Assembly: GCA_950097015.1 (NCBI GenBank)
Contig: CATNEN010000001.1
Span: 21,080,001 to 21,144,000 of the forward strand
From: Macrostomum hystrix
Taxonomy: Eukaryota; Animalia; Platyhelminthes
Direction: 5' to 3'
Length of the DNA: 64,000 nucleotides
In this document: one piece after another, positions 50,783 through 62,900 of the stretch
Layout: the number at the start of each line of letters is the position of its first letter
Position numbering within the stretch: the stretch's first letter is position 1
The notes under the pieces: model-generated
The model's database searches: none
The model's input: the letters and a program-made list of their open reading frames with translations, nothing else
What the model was told of the DNA's origin: nothing
Translations under genes and position numbers: made by a program

Positions 50783-52438
50783 TCAGACCATGAGCATTAG
50801 CCGGATGCTTTTTACTGCCGTTCTGTCTGGTCCGGCCCCGTTCCAGTACATCGCCTTAGTCCCATCAATAATTGCTGAGCTGTAATACAATCCATTCGGG
50901 TTGGCCTTATAGCTGCAGCAGAACCACCAGCCCGAGTTACCTGCATCTGCCGAGCAACCGGGACATTCGCACATACGTTTGTCAAATGTAGAAAACTGGC
51001 ATGTTTCAAGCGCATCTATTGTCGTGTTTGAACTGCCTGTCAGGTACGATAAAAACGTAGCCAAATAAGAACTTGACGAGCCTTTCACAGAGAAGTTGCT
51101 GTACTCGCTAACGTACAGAACGTTCGACCAGGTGACGGCCTCGACGCGAAGAAGCCTCGGAGTGGTTGCAGTCAAATTGTAAATCGCCTTCAGACCTTGG
51201 GAGTTTTTAGCAGCGGAATTCGCCTCGTTTCCTGAAAATCTGTCTCAATTCGAATTGCCAAAGCCAATGAGCTCACCCAGCCAGAAGTCCGCATCGTCAC
51301 CAAATCCGTCTTCGTAATCTGACCAGGATCGAGCGAAGCTCAGCGTGCCCATTGTTCGCTGCTGAATGATGCGGAAATTGCGGACACCGACCTGAGCGTA
51401 GGTCTCTGCGGTGTAGGATTTTGGGGATTGTAGCCTAGTGGTTAGAGCGTCGGACTCACGAATCCACTGGAACAATTTGAGTCATTTTGCAATAAACTTG
51501 CTTCTGCATTGCTTTAGTTCATGCAGTTGTTAAATTATGGGTACTAGCATTTAGCTGGGGCAAATAAGGGCGGGTGTGGCGTCCTCCCAGTCCATAGACT
51601 GAACAGCCGTACGCAGCCCAAGGACCACTGTAGTTATACTACAGTAGTGGTCCTTGACGCAGCCTTCAGATGCACCGCGCAATAGCTGCGGCTGTGCTGT
51701 CGGCTGCACGTCTGGCCCAATCAGGGTAGGTGTAATCAACTATTTGTTAGAATTTTTTTATTTAATAAACGTCAAAGCAGATGCGCTAGAGTTTCTAATT
51801 TAGGCACTAATTTATATCAACTGTTCTCGACGGATAATAACTATTTCTGACCTAAATGACAGTGCTGAGAATGGCAACATGAAAAAAAGCTAGTGCCAAA
51901 AATGTTTGTTATATTCATGCACCGGTTATCTAGACACATTTTATGATCAATTCGAACAAGCCCGTTCTCTTTCTTTTGTAATATAGTTTGCCCCCGTTTC
52001 GTACCTCGAAACCATTGGCTTTCCGCCTGATCCGCCAGTCGGGTGTAGACACTTCTCTTAGTCTTGGCTTCGAAGCTTGAACCTAGAACACAACTGGCCA
52101 GCTCTGAATCGAACTCAAACGACTGGCAGCCAGCGGTAGTTGTCTGAGCCTTTGATCGCTCGCACAGCACGGCGCACTCGATATCGCTGCGAGCTGTCAG
52201 ACTCTTGGCTATACCAGCACTTGGTGTCGGCTCTGTAGCTTCCAGCTGTGGCAGTCTTTGGCTGTAGTCTGAAATTTTTGGTAAAGACTGCAGTGTTACT
52301 GATCATAATCATGCGTGGGCTGAAAGTAGTAGCCAGCTTACAAGCAGCAGAGACTCCGCCGTAGCGCAAGGTGTAGCATAGTACAGCAAGAGTAAGTAGC
52401 TGTCTGTGGCTACGAGTCAGTGCTCGTAGCTCTTGCAT
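50783..52438 (-). CDS. Secreted PAN/apple + fibrinogen C-terminal domain protein (copy 2)
   Basis: Exons 52438-52342, 52268-52005, 51405-51277, 51195-50783, all phase-1 joins in frame. RSDIECAVLC, SFARSWSDYEDGFG, FSTFD, GWWF..C..ANPNG. Confidence 0.85.
51423..51738 (+). mobile_element. SINE family A copy with B-box deletion, carrying a 38-bp insertion
   Basis: Colinear with 766-1060. Confidence 0.88.
51619..51656. mobile_element. 38-bp palindromic mini DNA-transposon derivative (11-bp TIR, 8-bp TSD)
   Basis: ACGCAGCC|CAAGGACCACT GTAGTTATACTACAGT AGTGGTCCTTG|ACGCAGCC. Empty sites are present in the SINE A copies near 978 and 42360. Confidence 0.8.
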
Positions 52439-53557
52439 GGTGCTGAATTTTAATGAAAACTGGCTTTCAAGGAGTAGTTTTCACGAGCGTATTACTCTTT
52501 TCATTTTTAAGCTGGTTTGTCGATCCTTGCCTTTTGAATGGCTTTTGATGATTGTGAGCGCTTCGATGGCAGCTTCAAGAGGATAAAGATCCCGCGCGGC
52601 CATGTTCGCTTAGTCAATATTGGATTGGGAGCATGAATTGAAAGCTAGCAGATTTTTTGAGGTATAATTGTCTGTTAGTTTTTGCAATCATGCCTCATTA
52701 ATTCCTGCCTAGCTTGTCAATCTGATTTCAGTCATTTCTGTGAATGCCTGTGTTAGAGATCGCGATCATTATACGTCGCCTTATTGACAGCCTTTCAATT
52801 ATATGACACATTATATGCGTGAAACAGCTCATAAGTTTAAGTATAAAGCCATGTTTTCCCAAAAACCATGAAATTTGACAGGCTTGACGTTTTTTCAACT
52901 CTTTGAGTAAAAATCATTAAATCATCATCTCGTAAATATCATAGCTCGTAGAAAGTACGAGTGCACATACACTAGGAAAACTCAAATTTGATGCATTATA
53001 TAAAATCCGCTGTTTGTTCTTACTGTCTTGGTCCTATTTAGTTTTACTGGTGCGTAATAACAGAAAATAATTATCGGTGTGATTTGTATAAACTTTATCG
53101 TCATGCGTTAATCGTTATCTATACAATATAATAAAACAGGGGAAAACATAAAAAAATATTTTTTTGCTTTAAACCATAGCCATAACTTTATTACAGACTT
53201 TAAACACGTAATTTGTTTTTTCTGTGTACGTGATTCATCAAATGCACCCGATACGATGCAATGTGATGTGTGTGTTGCATCATGCTGCATGCAATACCTA
53301 GCAGTGAGTGCGCATCCAATGCAAAGAAATTAACGCCTTACGAGACACGCGATTTAACTTGTAGCGAATAAGCAAAATAGCTATGAATACAAGCTCTGAA
53401 TAGCGGTTGATTTTGTGGCATTGACTACATTAGTTCGGAAAAATAATATTTCTTTACTTTTAACAGCATAGACGGCTGCATAGTCATAAGTTACAATGTA
53501 TGTTGGCCCGTTGGGCTAAGTGAGATTTGTCTCTCTCTCTGACAAAATGCAATCGTC

Positions 53558-55213
53558 TAGGCCTACTGCTACTACTTCAAGCTACACATGCACAGTCTAC
53601 AGCAGTTATATCAGCAGCAGAAGCTAGCTGGCTACTTGACACAGAAAAGTCGCCTAGTGGGATTGTTTACTGGTTGAGATTGTCACTTGCTTACAAATTA
53701 GTTAATATAATAATGAGTCCCTAAGGCAAGGCCTGGCAAGCTAATAATGTTTCTGTTATGTTGACTGTAGTGTAGATATTATGTAGGGTGTAGTATATTG
53801 ATTGTTGTGTAATTTGGCCAAGTTATTATTGTAGCTCAGATTTAGATGAAAAAGGCCTTAGCCTAACTCTTTACTTTAAGAAATAAATTACTGATAATTT
53901 TCTCCTATAGGCCAAAAAGTTTTTTAGGGCACATTTTAACTTGTATAGGGCCTAATAGTACCAGCATTTGAGACTTCTGAGCCTTTGCTTAAACATAGAT
54001 TTAGTTAGGCCTAGTTCATTTGCAATAGGCCTAGGGCCTAATGACTGGCATTGCTAGGCCTAGTAGAGTTACACCATTACCAAAAATTTCCTATATCTGT
54101 ATCTGTATCTTCAAAATTTACCTATATTCTATCTGTATGTGTATCCATATCTGTATCTAAAAAATTATTGTAACTTCCTTTAGTTATGCATAACCTTTCT
54201 ATTATGTGCATTGTGTTTTCTAGTCTCTTATGAATATGTGTAACTCAGAGAAATGCAATAAGATATATAGGCCTAGTTTGCTCTCCAGGTGGCCTACTAT
54301 ACAAGGCCCTATTCTCTGCTTGGCACAACTTCCTTAATTTAATGCAAGATGCATGTGGCATTGTCTCTATTGTCTCTATGTTGTTTGTTTTACTCACATT
54401 AGTGCAAACTATATTTGAGAACTGAAGATAGTTATTCTATATTCTAAGCAGATTCCCTAATATAGAATTAAATATTCTAGGTAGATTCCATATTAAGAAA
54501 TAAAAACATTATGAAGGCTGGGTAGGTTGGATAGTTATATTGTTAAAACCCTAAATTAATATTGAGTATATGACTATTGAGTTTTTATGAGACTAAAAAG
54601 TAAATAACAAAAAATAAAAATAATTTCAAGAGGGCTAGTAGGCCTAACAGATGGTGACACTAGTCCTTCAGACAGAGAGAAAGCAGTTATGAATATTCTA
54701 TTGACTCCTAAGCATGCTTGTGAATAATGAAATTCTAAAGTCATAGATGCACTTTTGTCATTTTAAAGTAGAAAGTACTAGTTTAAAGAAACAGATTATA
54801 TTATTTTTTTCTAAAAACTTGAGTCTTTCATTTTGTTTGGATCATATCAGTAGAAAAAAGCTTTTAAAAATAAATTGAAAGTAAGTAGCATTTTTTAAAT
54901 TTATCTTAAGAATTTAAATAGTTATTATAGATTATATTATTTTTATAACCCTTTTATAGAGCTTACTAAATGTGTGCTATTTTGTTTTTATCTACCATCT
55001 TTAAATCCGATAGTCCTATTAAAGTAAAAAACTTTATAACTAGTTTGCCTCAGCTAAACATGTTTGATAAAAATAATTGAAAATAGACAAAAATATAAAT
55101 CCCTTTTCATTTTGATTTCATTATTAAAACCAAAACACCAAATATAAAAAACAACAACAATTATGCTATTCTGATAATAAAAAAATTAAATCAATTTCTT
55201 GTTTGTTTTTAAG
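53558..55213 (+). promoter_or_regulatory. CpG-free, TAGGCCTA-rich zone (putative promoter-proximal region/outron of PHAX-PWP2)
   Basis: No CG found between 53653 and 55007. TAGGCCTA at 53558, 54006, 54026, 54055, 54268 and 54639. Ends at the acceptor-like TTTTTAAG (55213). Confidence 0.55.
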
Positions 55214-55245
55214 CTAAACCATACAACAAACACAAAAAGACAAAA

Positions 55246-57874
55246 ATGGCTGCAATGCAGGAGGCAAGAAAATCTTCCAACAATTTGTCTGACAGTGACT
55301 CAGATGACGATTCGTCAGTTTCACACAGTAGTGCCAGTGACGATTCCGATTCCCAGTTGTGTCCGCCAGTTAAAAAGCGTACCTGGCTAGCCAACAGCAG
55401 CCAGACCAATCCAGCAGAGACTGACGCTCCACCTGCTTCCGGTTCGCATGTCTCTTCTAGCAGGGCGGCTGCTGGTGAAGCCTGGCGGCGGGCGTTCCAG
55501 GAGGGCGCCATTGACAGTCAGCTGTCTAGAGCTGTCGGCTTTGTTAGCGGCGGCGTGCCTAATATTGACAGGTATCTGAAATGACCATGCGTTGAGCCTA
55601 ACACATTTTTGGCACCTGACTAATGACACACCCTGAAACCTGTATAATAACACCCTGAAACCTGTATAATAACACCCTGAAACCTGAATAATATTATCCT
55701 GAAACCTGTATAATATTATCCTGAAACCTGTATAATATTATCCTGAAACCTGTATAATAACACCCTGAAACCTGTATAATATTATCCTGAAACCTGTATA
55801 ATAACACCCTGAAACCTGTATAATAACACCCTGAAACCTGTATAATATTATCCTGAAACCTGTATAATATTATCCTGAAACCTGTATAATATTATCCTGA
55901 AACCTGTATAATAACACCCTGAAACCTGTATAATATTATCCTGAAACCTGTATAATATTATCCTGAAACCTGTATAATATTATCCTGAAACCTGTATAAT
56001 AACACCCTGAAACCTGTATAATATTATCCTGAAACCTGTATAATAAAACCCTGAAACCTGTGTCCTTATACCCTGAAACCTGTATCTTTATACCCTGAAA
56101 CCTGTGTCCTTATACCCTGAAACCTGTATCTTTATACCCTGAAACCTGTGTCCTTATACCCTGAAACCCGTGTCTAACACCCTGAAACCCATTGGCACGC
56201 AGGGACACGGAGGCCTACAACTACAAGCTGGCGCCTCGCCTACCCAACAAGCAGGCTCGCCTAGCCAAGCGCAAAGCAGATCTGGCCGCTATTTCTGCCG
56301 CAGTCGCAGCCGACGCGGACGAATATTCCACCCGTCAGCTGGAGCTGGAAGAGTTCGGTGTCCCGAATCCCAACGCTCTGCCTCCCACCGACGCTCAGAT
56401 CGACCTGCGCCAACAGTTGGAAGCCAAGAAGCGCAAGCGAAACAGGGACAAACGCCTGGCCAGACAGAGGAAAAGGGCGGAGAGTGTGCGCAGTGGCGAG
56501 ACTGCCGATGCCGACGCTGCTGCTGCTGGTGGGGCCATGGAGGTCGATACGCGGAAGAGGTCAAAACAGGAGAAACGGCATCGCAATCGAGATGGGGTGA
56601 GAATGCTGGATTTTCTATGTTGGCTTTTTATGGTGTTCTGTCAGTCTGTAGCTGTCCTGTCCGGCTGTAGCTGTGCTGTTCTGTCAGTCTGTAGCTGTCC
56701 TGTCCGAATGTAGCTGTGCTGTTCTGTCAGTCTGTAGCTGTCCTGTTCTGTCAGTCTGTAGGTAGCTGTCCTGTCCGACTGTAGCTGTCCTGTCCGACTG
56801 TAGCTGTGCTGTTCTGTCAGTCTGTAGCTGTCCTGTTCTGTCAGTCTGTAGCTGTCCTGTTCTGTCAGTCTGTAGGTAGCTGTCCTGTCCGACTGTAGCT
56901 GTCCTGTCCGACTGTAGCTGTGCTGTTCTGTCAGTCTGTAGCTGTCCTGTTCTGTCAGTCTGTAGCTGTCCTGTTTTGTCAGTCTGTAGCTGTGCTGTTC
57001 TGTCAGTCTGTAGCTGTCCTGTCCGAATGTAGCTGTGCTGTTCTGTCAGTCTGTAGCTGTCCTGTTCTGTCAGTCTGTAGGTAGCTGTCCTGTCCGACTG
57101 TAGCTGTCCTGTCCGACTGTAGCTGTGCTGTTCTGTCAGTCTGTAGCTGTCCTGTTCTGTCAGTCTGTAGCTGTCCTGTTTTGTCAGTCTGTAGCTGTTC
57201 TGTTCTGTCAGTCTGTAGCTGTTCTGTTCTGTCAGTCTGTAGCTGTCCTGTTTTTTCAGTCTGTAGCTGTCCTGTTCTGTCAGTCTGTAGCTGTCCTGTT
57301 CTGTCAGTCTGTAGCTGTTCTGTCAGTCTGTAGCTGAACCAACCCTCCGCACACCAACCCTCCGCACACCAACCCTCCGCACACCAACCCTCCGCACACC
57401 AACCCTCCGCAGCTGAACCCGTCCCATTCGGTCGAGAAGCTGTCACGTCGGCTGGCCTCTCTACTGCAGGAGCCAAAGCGTCACCTACTGGAGCGAGTGA
57501 TTAACCTGCTGGGTGCCAACAAAGCCATCGAGTTGTACAGAAGAACTCAGGATGTTGAGTCGGCTGGTGGCTTATTGGTTGCCAATGGCAACCGGCGACG
57601 CAGTCCCGGCGGAGTTTATCTCCAGCTGCTGAAATCGGACGACTCCGTCACACCGGAAATTATCCGCTCAGTGTTTGACGGCGAATTGAATTTATCCAAA
57701 GAGAAGCGCAAACTACTGCGAGCTAGACGAAGGCGGCACAAGCCAAGAACAGGAGTTGAAGACAGTGACGCTGCGTTGGCTGCAGCTCCGGCGGCTGATT
57801 CTGAGGCAGCCGAATTGGAAGCGAAAAGAGCGGAACTGCTGGCTCAGTTGGACGCGTTGGAAGATGCGGATTAA
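55246..57874 (+). CDS. PHAX: Phosphorylated adaptor for RNA export, 3 exons
   Basis: Exons 55246-55571, 56203-56596, 57413-57874. DRDTEAYNY motif; RNA-binding domain LQEPK..LLG..AIEL..TQDVESAGGLLVANGNRRRSPGGVYLQLLK. Confidence 0.92.
55625..56190. repeat. 22-bp minisatellite (PHAX intron 1)
   Basis: CCTGAAACCTGTATAATAACAC / ...ATATTAT units. Confidence 0.95.
56630..57412. repeat. 24-bp minisatellite followed by a 15-bp x5 array (PHAX intron 2)
   Basis: CTGTCAGTCTGTAGCTGTCCTGTT units, then (CCAACCCTCCGCACA)n ending at the acceptor. Confidence 0.93.
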
Positions 57875-58599
57875 AATAAATTATTGTGCCGATGTCCGTA
57901 TCATACTACTTAATAAATGTCTTGTCAGTAGTGTACTGAGTTCTTCTCTTATTTAATCAATATAAGGCTTCACGTGCAATTTTATTACGAGTGTTTGTAT
58001 TGCAGAAAATTTATTTGAAAATAAGGAGTTTGTTAGCAGTGAGTTCATTAACGCGCTACATCAGGTAAATCACTTCTGAGTTCTAACCAGAGATTTGTTT
58101 TTAAGCTTGAAGCTTGGTGATTAGTTTCGAGTACTATTTTGTTTCATATTCAGGCAATCGATCCAAAAATGCTATGAATTATTTATGCCTTGAGGCAGAG
58201 TGTATCGAAATTGTAAGAATATGAAAGTAGTTTGTTCATTATTTCAATTTTAATCTAAATTATACAAATTTAATAGTTAATATCTGGTAAAAAATCACAT
58301 TTCCATTTTCCGTAAATGAGGTCATATTTTTTTCAATTTATAATGTGTACCTTTGAGTGGGAGTACTTTAATAAAACGAATTCAAATTTAATGACACTTT
58401 AACTAGATAATGCCCTGTAACACAAGCATTTATATGTCTATCTAACTTCATTGATATTTGTTTTCAAAAAGTGGATTACATAAACTAAAGTCTATTTGCT
58501 CGCTTGAAATTTTCAGCATTCAATCAATTGTCTTTACATTATTTTTTATTTTGTTGTAAAAAACTACAGTAATTTACACCATAGACCATTTCTATACTC

Positions 58600-59830
58600 C
58601 TCATATTTCTCCTACCCCAATCTGCAGTATTCCCATATTTCTCCTACCCCCAATCTGCAGTATTCCCATATTTCTCCTACCCCCAATCTGCAGTATTCCC
58701 ATATTTCTCCTACCCCCAATCTGCAGTATTCCCATATTTCTCCCCCCAATCTGCAGTATTCCCATATTTCTCCTACCCCAATCTGCAGTATTCCCATATT
58801 TCTCCTACCCCAATCTGCAGTATTCCCATATTTCTCCCCCCAATCTGAAGTATTCCCATATTTCTCCCACCCCAATCTGCAGTATTCCCATATTTCTCCC
58901 ACCCCAATCTGCAGTATTCCCATATTTCTCCTACCCCCAATCTGCAGTATTCCCATATTTCTCCTACCCCCAATCTGCAGTATTCCCATATTTCTCCTAC
59001 CCCAATCTGCAGTATTCCCATATTTCTCCCACCCCAATCTGCAGTATTCCCATATTTCTCCTACCCCAATCTGCAGTATTACCATATTTCTCCCACCCCA
59101 ATCTGCAGTATTCCCATATTTCTCCCACCCCAATCTGCAGTATTCCCATATTTCTCCCACCCCAATCTGCAGTATTCCCATATTTCTCCTACCCCAATCT
59201 GCAGTATTCCCATATTTCTCCTACCCCAATCTGCAGTATTCCCATATTTCTCCTACCCCCAATCTGCAGTATTCCCATATTTCTCCTACCCCCTATCTGC
59301 AGTATTCCCATATTTCTCCTACCCCCAATCTGCAGTATTCCCATATTTCTCCTACCCCAATCTGCAGTATTACCATATTTCTCCCACCCCAATCTGCAGT
59401 ATTCCCATATTTCTCCTACCCCAATCTGCAGTATTCCCATATTTCTCCCCCCAATCTGCAGTATTCCCATATTTCTCCTACCCCAATCTGCAGTATTCCC
59501 ATATTTCTCCCACCCCAATCTGCAGTATTCCCATATTTCTCCTACCCCCTATCTGCAGTATTCCCATATTTCTCCTACCCCCAATCTGCAGTATTCCCAT
59601 ATTTCTCCTACCCCAATCTGCAGTATTACCATATTTCTCCCACCCTAATCTGCAGTATTCCCATATTTCTCCTACCCCAATCTGCAGTATTACCATATTT
59701 CTCCCACCCCAATCTGCAGTATTCCCATATTTTTCCTACCCCCAATCTGCAGTATTCCCATATTTTTCCTACCCCCAATCTGCAGTATTCCCATATTTTT
59801 CCTACCCCCAATCTGCAGTATTCCCATATT
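58600..59830. repeat. About 32-bp intergenic minisatellite (PHAX-PWP2 spacer)
   Basis: CTACCCCAATCTGCAGTATTCCCATATTTCTC, about 38 units. Confidence 0.97.
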
Positions 59831-59984
59831 TGTCCAATTTTTTCATAAATCTTTTTTCCTTGATCTTTAGAAAATAGGTTTTTCGTTTGAATATTTTATT
59901 TGCTTCCTAATTTTAAGTTTGATGTGAAAATATCCCATAATTTTTTTCAGCTTGCGGGACTTCTCCCCACCCGGTCACCTCGGC

Positions 59985-62900
59985 ATGGACTTTCGCTTCT
60001 CCAACCTGCTAGGCAGTGTGTACCGCCTTGGCAACGTTTGTTTCACCTCCGATGGCTTTCAGCTCATCAGCCCAGTGGGCAATCGCATCACGGTGTTCGA
60101 CTTGAGACACGACCGGTCGCACACTCTACAATTGGAGGCTTCTCACGATATTGAGCACATCGCCTTGTCGCCGGACAATACCTTGTTGCTAGCTGTAGAT
60201 TGCAAAGGCGAAGCTCACCTGGTTGCTATGGCAACCGGTGCACCGATTGCTCGTCAGAAATTTCAATCGAAAGTCAGCGCCCTGGCCTACTCGCCCGACG
60301 GCGCTTATTTTGCTATCGCCAGGGACAATCGGGTTCACGTTTATCACGGACCTGGCCTACAGAAATACTTTAACCAGTTTAAACTGTACCGTAGTTACTA
60401 TGGCAACAAAGACGAGGTGACAGCAATGGGTTGGAGCTCCAATTCCAAAGCGTTTGCTTGCGCCTGTAGGGATTTACAGGTGAGCTTTTTGGGAAGAATC
60501 TGACAATTAATTTATTTCAATTGAGTAATGACTGGACTAGCCCCAGATTCGAACCCGGGACGATCGCGGCAAGATTCGAATTCGCTGTACCATCCAGCTA
60601 CTCCACCCCAGCTTATCTGCTTGTCTATCTGCTAATTTATTTGTTTTAATTGCTTATGACTGGACTAGCCCCAGAATCGAACCCCGGACGATTGCGGCGA
60701 GGGTCAAATGCGCTTTACCACTGCGCCAGTCTACCCCAGTCTGTCTGCTTGTCTTTCTTACTTATTTGAATTGAATTCACTCTGGAACAGGTTCGAGTGT
60801 TCTCGCTTCACAAGTCGGCCCGCCTGCCCGGCTGCTACAGTCTCGGCGGCTTCACCGAGGACATCATGTCGGTGGCCTTCCTGCCCGACTCGCTGGATCT
60901 TGTTGCCGTTTCGAAGGCCGGCTTCGTCATGCTCTGGCAGTGCGACGCCAAGCCGGAGGAGCTGGACTGCCAGAAGGCGCTTAACACCGGCAAGTCCTCC
61001 GTAAACGCTGCGGCTGTAATTCCTCCTGTGGACGAAGATTCTAGTTCATCGTCGTCGTCAGACGATGAAGCCAAGAAGCCGGACAGTGTTGACGCTGACG
61101 AGGTGACTAAGAAAGTTTTCAAGCTGCGCTATTTGAAGCCGAAGAAGATGCGTCTGAGAGAGGACACCGAGGACAGCAAGCGGGTCTCGGCTGGTGTTCT
61201 GTGCGCCAGCGTGTGCCCAGAAACTAGACAGATGATCTGCGGCACTGATGATGGCCGCGTCATGCTCTACTCTATTGAGAACTGCGGCCTGCTGCTGTCT
61301 CTGCAGGTTTGTTCTGTTTTTGTAGAATAAGTGGCTAGTGGCCTAACTCTGCTCTTAACTCGACATTGCTTCAGTTCAACAGCTGTTAAAATGGTTACCA
61401 GCATTCCACTGATTTACGATTGGGATTTCCCTGATTTATTATTGGGATTCCCCTAATTTATGATTGGGATCCCTGATTTACAATTGGGATTTCCCTGATT
61501 TATTATTGGGATTCTCCTGATCTATGATTGGTATTCCCCTGATTTACAATTAGGTGTACTTGATTTACAAATTGGATTTCCCTGGTTTACAATTGGGATT
61601 CCCTGGTTTACAATTGGGATTCCCTGGTTTACAATTGGGATTCCCCTGGTTTACAATTGGGATTTCCCTGGTTTACAATTGGGATTCCATGGTTTACAAT
61701 TGGGATTCCCCTGGTTTACAATTGGGATTTCCCTGGTTTACAATTGGGATTCTCCTGATCTATTCTCCTGATTTACAATTGGAATTCCCCTAATTTATGA
61801 TTGGGTTTTCCCTGGTTTATTATGGGGATCTCCTCTAATTGTAATTAGAATTTCCCTTATTTAGGATTGGGATTTTCCTCGCTTTTATAATTGGGATTTC
61901 CCTAACTTATGTGTTGTGTCTTGGCCTAATGGCCGACGGAGGGAGATGGGATTGGGTCCACCGCCCGAGACACCCAGGTCCCAGCCCAACCCTGCCTAAC
62001 AAGTCTGATTGGTTCCGCGAGAGTTTGCAGAATCAACCACCCTGGGACTAGCGAGAGTTCACTCAGTCTTCCCACCGGCCCAACGCTGCACTCCCGGAAG
62101 AAAGTAGACACGAACTCACCTATGCTAGGCCAGGGTTGAGGCGTAAGCCTCTCACAAACCCTGACCTAGGCAGGCACGGGCGCAGAAAGGGGTGCGACAG
62201 ACATAAACACGGGTCACACACAGAGCAGGGCAAAGTGCATATGCACGGCACAACATATGATTGGGATTTCCCTAATTTATGATTGGGATTTCCCTAATTT
62301 ATTATTAGGATTTCCCTAAATTTTTATTGGGATTTCCCTAATTTATGATTGGGATTTCCCTAATTTATGATTGAGATTTCCCTAGCTTTTGTGGTATCCC
62401 TCATTTGTTTTCATTTTCCTTTGATCTAACTAGAGCTAGAATTACCCTGACTAGTAAAACAGTTACTTCTCAGCACATTTCTCCCACCCTCGGCCAGGTG
62501 TGCGACTCCCCAGTAGACGCGGTGTCGGTGTCGCCAGACGGGCTGTGGATCGCCGCAGCCGGGGCAGCTCACGGCCAGCTGTTGGTGTGGGACTGGCGCG
62601 CCTCCGCCTACGTGATGCGCCAGGCGGGCAGCTTCAACTGTCTGAGGTGCGCCGCCTTCTCGCCAGACGGCGGCCAACTTGTCTGCGGCTACAGCGACGG
62701 CCGGGTCAGACTGTGGAACTCCCAGTCCAGCTTGTCATTCGCCACAATGACTGAGCACACCAGCTGCATCACTGGCGTCAGGTTCTGCAATAAGCGAGTT
62801 GTCATAGCCAGTTCAGCTGACGGCTCCGTTAGAGCCTGGGACTTGGGTCGCTACAAGAACTTCCGCACTTTGGTGTCGCCGACGCCGCTGCAGTTGAGCT

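Noticed and set aside
60528-60755. Functional tRNA genes in PWP2 intron 1
   Set aside because: A/B boxes are present but the T, anticodon and acceptor stems are broken; treated as a decayed duplication.
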